The position numbers and the translations under genes are program-made. A DNA stretch of 64,000 nucleotides from Vicinamibacterales bacterium. Lineage in GTDB: Bacteria; Acidobacteriota; Vicinamibacteria; Vicinamibacterales; UBA8438. The notes beneath the pieces were generated by a model. The model was not told the origin of the DNA. It did no database searches and saw only the letters and a list, made by a program, of their open reading frames with translations. Numbering within the stretch: the first letter of the stretch is position 1; each line of letters begins with the position of its first letter. Below are positions 60,696 through 64,000 of this stretch, piece after piece. The stretch covers positions 6,455,474-6,519,473 of the forward strand of contig OZ252227.1 of assembly GCA_965249175.1 (NCBI GenBank). The letters are read 5' to 3'.

Positions 60696-61886
60696 TTAGT
60701 GCACGCGGCCCACTTGAAACTTCTGCCGGCCGGCGATATCGGCCAGCGCGCTGCGTGCGTGCTGCTCGGTATCGGGGTGTGGATCGAGATCGAAAACGGC
60801 GACCAGGTGCTGATAGGCCGCTGTCGGCTGATTGAGTGCGTGGAGCTGCACCAGTCCGGCGCCAAGATGCGCTTCGGCTGCGTAGGGCCCCATTGGATAG
60901 TCCCGCAGGTGCCGCTGATAGACGACGAGCGCGGCGTCGGGATGCCGGTGGTTGGCCAGCCAGTTGCTCAGCGCGATCGAATGCACTGGCGACAGCGCCC
61001 GCCCGCTGAGCTCTGGCGTCAACTGGAAGTACTCATCAGCCGCTTCGTCGAGGCGATTGGCGGCTACGAGCCGCGCGACGACCTCCTTTGCCGAGGCCGC
61101 CGGCGTTGCGGACACCGACCCTGGTGCGTAGTCAGGCGGGAGCGCTCGTACGCCTCGCCGCTCTGCCCACCACGCGGAGCCGAGGCCGGCAATGAAACCG
61201 CCAATGTGCGCCCCATACGCGACGCCTCCTCCCTCCAGACCGTCCGACGCGAGGAGCGGGAGCAGGTTGAAGAGGAGATACGCCCCGAGCACCCACCGTG
61301 CCGGCGCGTAGATGATGTTCACGAAGAAAAAGAAGTAGACGAGGAGCCGCACCCGATTGCGCGGGAACCAGATGAAGTAGAAGCCCAGGACCCCGGAGAT
61401 GGCCCCCGAGGCGCCGACGACCGGGAGCAGCGAGTCGGGGGCGAGGACGGCGTGAAACAGCGTCGCGGCAACTCCGGTGGCCAGATAGGCGCCGAGAAAG
61501 CGACCGCGGCCGAGGCGATGCTCGACGTTGTCGCCGTAGATCCACAGAAACAGCATGTTTCCCGCCAGGTGCATGAAGCCGCCGTGGAGGAACATCGAGG
61601 TAAAGAGCCCGATGACGCTCGGGGCGGCGGGGCGGTAGCCGTAGTTGAACGTGACCAGCTCGTAGGCCGAGATCTGCTGGAGGATGTCGCTCAGCGCCAT
61701 CCGCCCCGACAGCTGCTGGACCAGGATCTGAACGTATTCCGCCAGGCGCGGGTCGTCGAAGTCCGGGCGCACGCTCCCGAGCGGCAGCGTCACGACGAGA
61801 TACACCGCAACGTTGACGGCAATCAACCCGTAGGTCACCACGGGGACACCGCGCGGGTTCGGTTCGTCTCCCAGTGGTAGAAACAT
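60696..61886 (-). CDS. Rhomboid intramembrane serine protease with a C-terminal TPR-like domain
   Basis: TSMFLHGG..HL.GNM.FL, GASGA, AHIGGF. Confidence 0.93.
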   Translation of the reverse strand: MFLPLGDEPNPRGVPVVTYGLIAVNVAVYLVVTLPLGSVRPDFDDPRLAEYVQILVQQLSGRMALSDILQQISAYELVTFNYGYRPAAPSVIGLFTSMFLHGGFMHLAGNMLFLWIYGDNVEHRLGRGRFLGAYLATGVAATLFHAVLAPDSLLPVVGASGAISGVLGFYFIWFPRNRVRLLVYFFFFVNIIYAPARWVLGAYLLFNLLPLLASDGLEGGGVAYGAHIGGFIAGLGSAWWAERRGVRALPPDYAPGSVSATPAASAKEVVARLVAANRLDEAADEYFQLTPELSGRALSPVHSIALSNWLANHRHPDAALVVYQRHLRDYPMGPYAAEAHLGAGLVQLHALNQPTAAYQHLVAVFDLDPHPDTEQHARSALADIAGRQKFQVGRVH

Positions 61887-62066
61887 GGATCACGTGCTGT
61901 GCGCGCTGTTGCAGACCTCGCCGTGGAGCCCGGCGGGGCGATGTGTAGATGTTACACGGCGCGAACGGCAATGGTCGGCGCGCGACGCCCTCAGCGGACG
62001 ATGTGTTCACTGAGGGCGTTTCGTGAGGCGGGCAACGGACGAGAGGCGATATGAGGCGGGTCCCAA

Positions 62067-62932
62067 CTATTGATACACAGCCGCTACGTTCGTCAGACCA
62101 GCACCGCTCCCGACGAACGCTGTCGCGTCGACAGTCCCGATGACCTGTAGCTTGCTCGTGGCCCAGATGGTTCCAATACCGACGTTGCCGATCTTGTTGA
62201 GGCTCATGGTCGTGCCATTCGAGCTCGTATTGAACCTGAGATTGCCGTAATTCCCCCCGGCTCGGTCGTACGACTGAATGATGACGGTCTGGCCGCTCGG
62301 CACGAGCTCGAACCCTACGCCGCCGTTGTCCGAGACCACGAACTTCTGGAGCGCATTCGCGGTGCCGACGCCGAGCGAGTTGACGACGTGGACGTCGTCA
62401 TGCGTCGTCATCGCGTTCCCGATCGGGCCGTCGTCCGCCGATTCGCGTACGGAGTCGCTACTCGCCGGCCGCTCCTCGGGGGCGGCGTGCCAGTCCTCGC
62501 CGGCCAGTACGAACGCCGAGATAGGCAGACCACCCAGGGTCTCGGCGTCGCCGGCCTTCATCGCATACGGGACGCTCGCAAGCAACACACGGGGCTCTTC
62601 GCCCGCACCGTCCAACTGCACGCCAAGCCAGCGCCCCCCCCTGCTTGAAACAGTGCGAGCGGCACACCGCCGGCAGCATACGCGCCGAGTATGACGTCGT
62701 AGTGCCCAGTCTCGTCGGTCTCGACCGCCTGGGTTTCCTGCCAGAGCGCCTCGCCACCGGTATTCGTCGCGTAAATCGCAAATGTGACCGAGAGGACTCC
62801 GGCCCGGGGTTGACCGGCCGCATCGCGAGCAACGCCGTTGAAGGGAATGAGCGGAGGCGGCGCTTGCGCGGCAACCGCTGCGGAGAGACACAGAAAGCCA
62901 AGTAGCACAGCCGTCGTTTTCATCACGTTCAT
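62067..62932 (-). pseudogene. Secreted protein (SVPYA / GNVGIGT type), frameshifted at the G8 run 62634-62641
   Basis: Signal peptide, IPF.G...D, TF.IY...GG..LW.E, RWLGV, SVPYA, GNVGIGT across two frames. Confidence 0.7.
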
Positions 62933-63177
62933 CGTGGATCTCCAGCTCTGACGACGAGTTGAACCCGCTGACACGAAACCTGAGGCGCTCTGATCACGTG
63001 AGCACATATCGAACATCTACCCCAGCGCAGTCACGAGCCCACGCAGCTCGGTGACGTGAATTGACTTGAGCGCCGTACTAGCGCCAAGACCAGGATCCGT
63101 ATACGTGGGTGGCGGCATCTCGATCGGTTAGGCAGCCATACGCGTTCCGAAGAGGCGTGGTCTCGGTCACTCTAGAG

Positions 63178-64000
63178 GGTAGTGTCTCAGTTTCAGCGGT
63201 CCAGCAGTCCGACTAATTCTTCTAGCTCCCAGACGTGATCGGCCAGACCTGCCTCGATGGCCGGCGTGACCCGCAGGCTCTTGTGAATCCGGCACCAGTT
63301 GTAGTGCGTGTAGTGGATGGCGACCGCGTGCGCGTGATTCTCGACCTTCTTGCTGAAGCCGTTTGACAGCCGCGTGAACCGGCGCGAGCCCATCCTGAGC
63401 GTAAGATTCGACCGCTCGATGTAGCTGGTGCTGATGTGCTTCGGGTTCGGATTGCCAGTGACAGTCCGTGCCTTGCACCCCAGGCACTTGGCCGGGCTGT
63501 ACCGCTTCTCCATCTCCGGGTCCGCACCGTAGAGCTTGGTCAACGTGGCGTAGTCGATCTGCTCGTTGAACGCGCTCTCAACGGCTTCGATGTACGGCCT
63601 GTGGCCATCCGTGGTCAACTGGACGCGGGTCACGATCCTGTCGGCGACGTCGTGCATGAACGTGTAGGCCGCGCCGAGGTCGCGGGTGCCCACCAGCCAG
63701 GACGGGATGAGCTTGGTGTCCGCGTCGATGGCGACCCACGTCCACACATCGCCAGCCCAGTCAGGCGCGGCCTTCGCGTGCTCGACGTTCTTGGCCTTGG
63801 CGTAGCAGAACGCCCAAATCTCGTCACACTGAATCCGCCGGCAGCGCAGGCCCCGTACCGTTTCGTCGTGGAACTGGGCGCAGGCGGTCCCAAGGTCAAC
63901 CAACAGCTTGGTCACCGTGTTGATCGACACGTCGGCCATTCGGCTTGTGGCCCGAAGGCTGTTGCCCTCGACCATTGCCGAGACGATCTGGACCCGCTTG
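63178..64000 (-). mobile_element. IS1-family element (runs off the window); transposase 63193 to beyond 63975
   Basis: EG.S.R.TSR, QCDE.W.F, TTDG, STSYIER.N.T.R, RRFTR...FSKK; terminal ggtagtg. Confidence 0.88.

Overview
GC-rich bacterial accessory region, by gene content probably an Acidobacteriota (Vicinamibacteria-like) genome; the taxon is an inference. It is a heavily rearranged mosaic between tRNA-Ser(GCT) (17977-18070) and tRNA-Gln(CTG) (58242-58315). Contents: (1) a tandem array of Ser/Thr kinase-beta-propeller genes, with isolated kinase 5' stubs repeatedly joined to unrelated DNA; (2) a satellite-like element (membrane protein + ThsB-like TIR cargo, excisionase, primase/VirE, TerS, TerL, RHH, tyrosine integrase) with no capsid or portal gene; (3) integrase-less cargo stacked at tRNA-Ser, including a two-component regulon and a candidate membrane protein with two selenocysteines; (4) a decayed large serine recombinase element; (5) an apparently intact capsid-forming PICI-like element at tRNA-Gln, carrying an unusual array of about 9 loop-less palindromes that share a GGCGCC/GCCGGC centre but differ in their arms; (6) many IS elements (IS110, IS1182-like, three IS256 copies, a second IS256 type, IS21, IS1) and many pseudogenes. 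The best candidates for undescribed biology are the di-selenoprotein, the palindrome array and the kinase-5'-end cassette pattern. All assignments come from reading motifs by eye; no database search was run.
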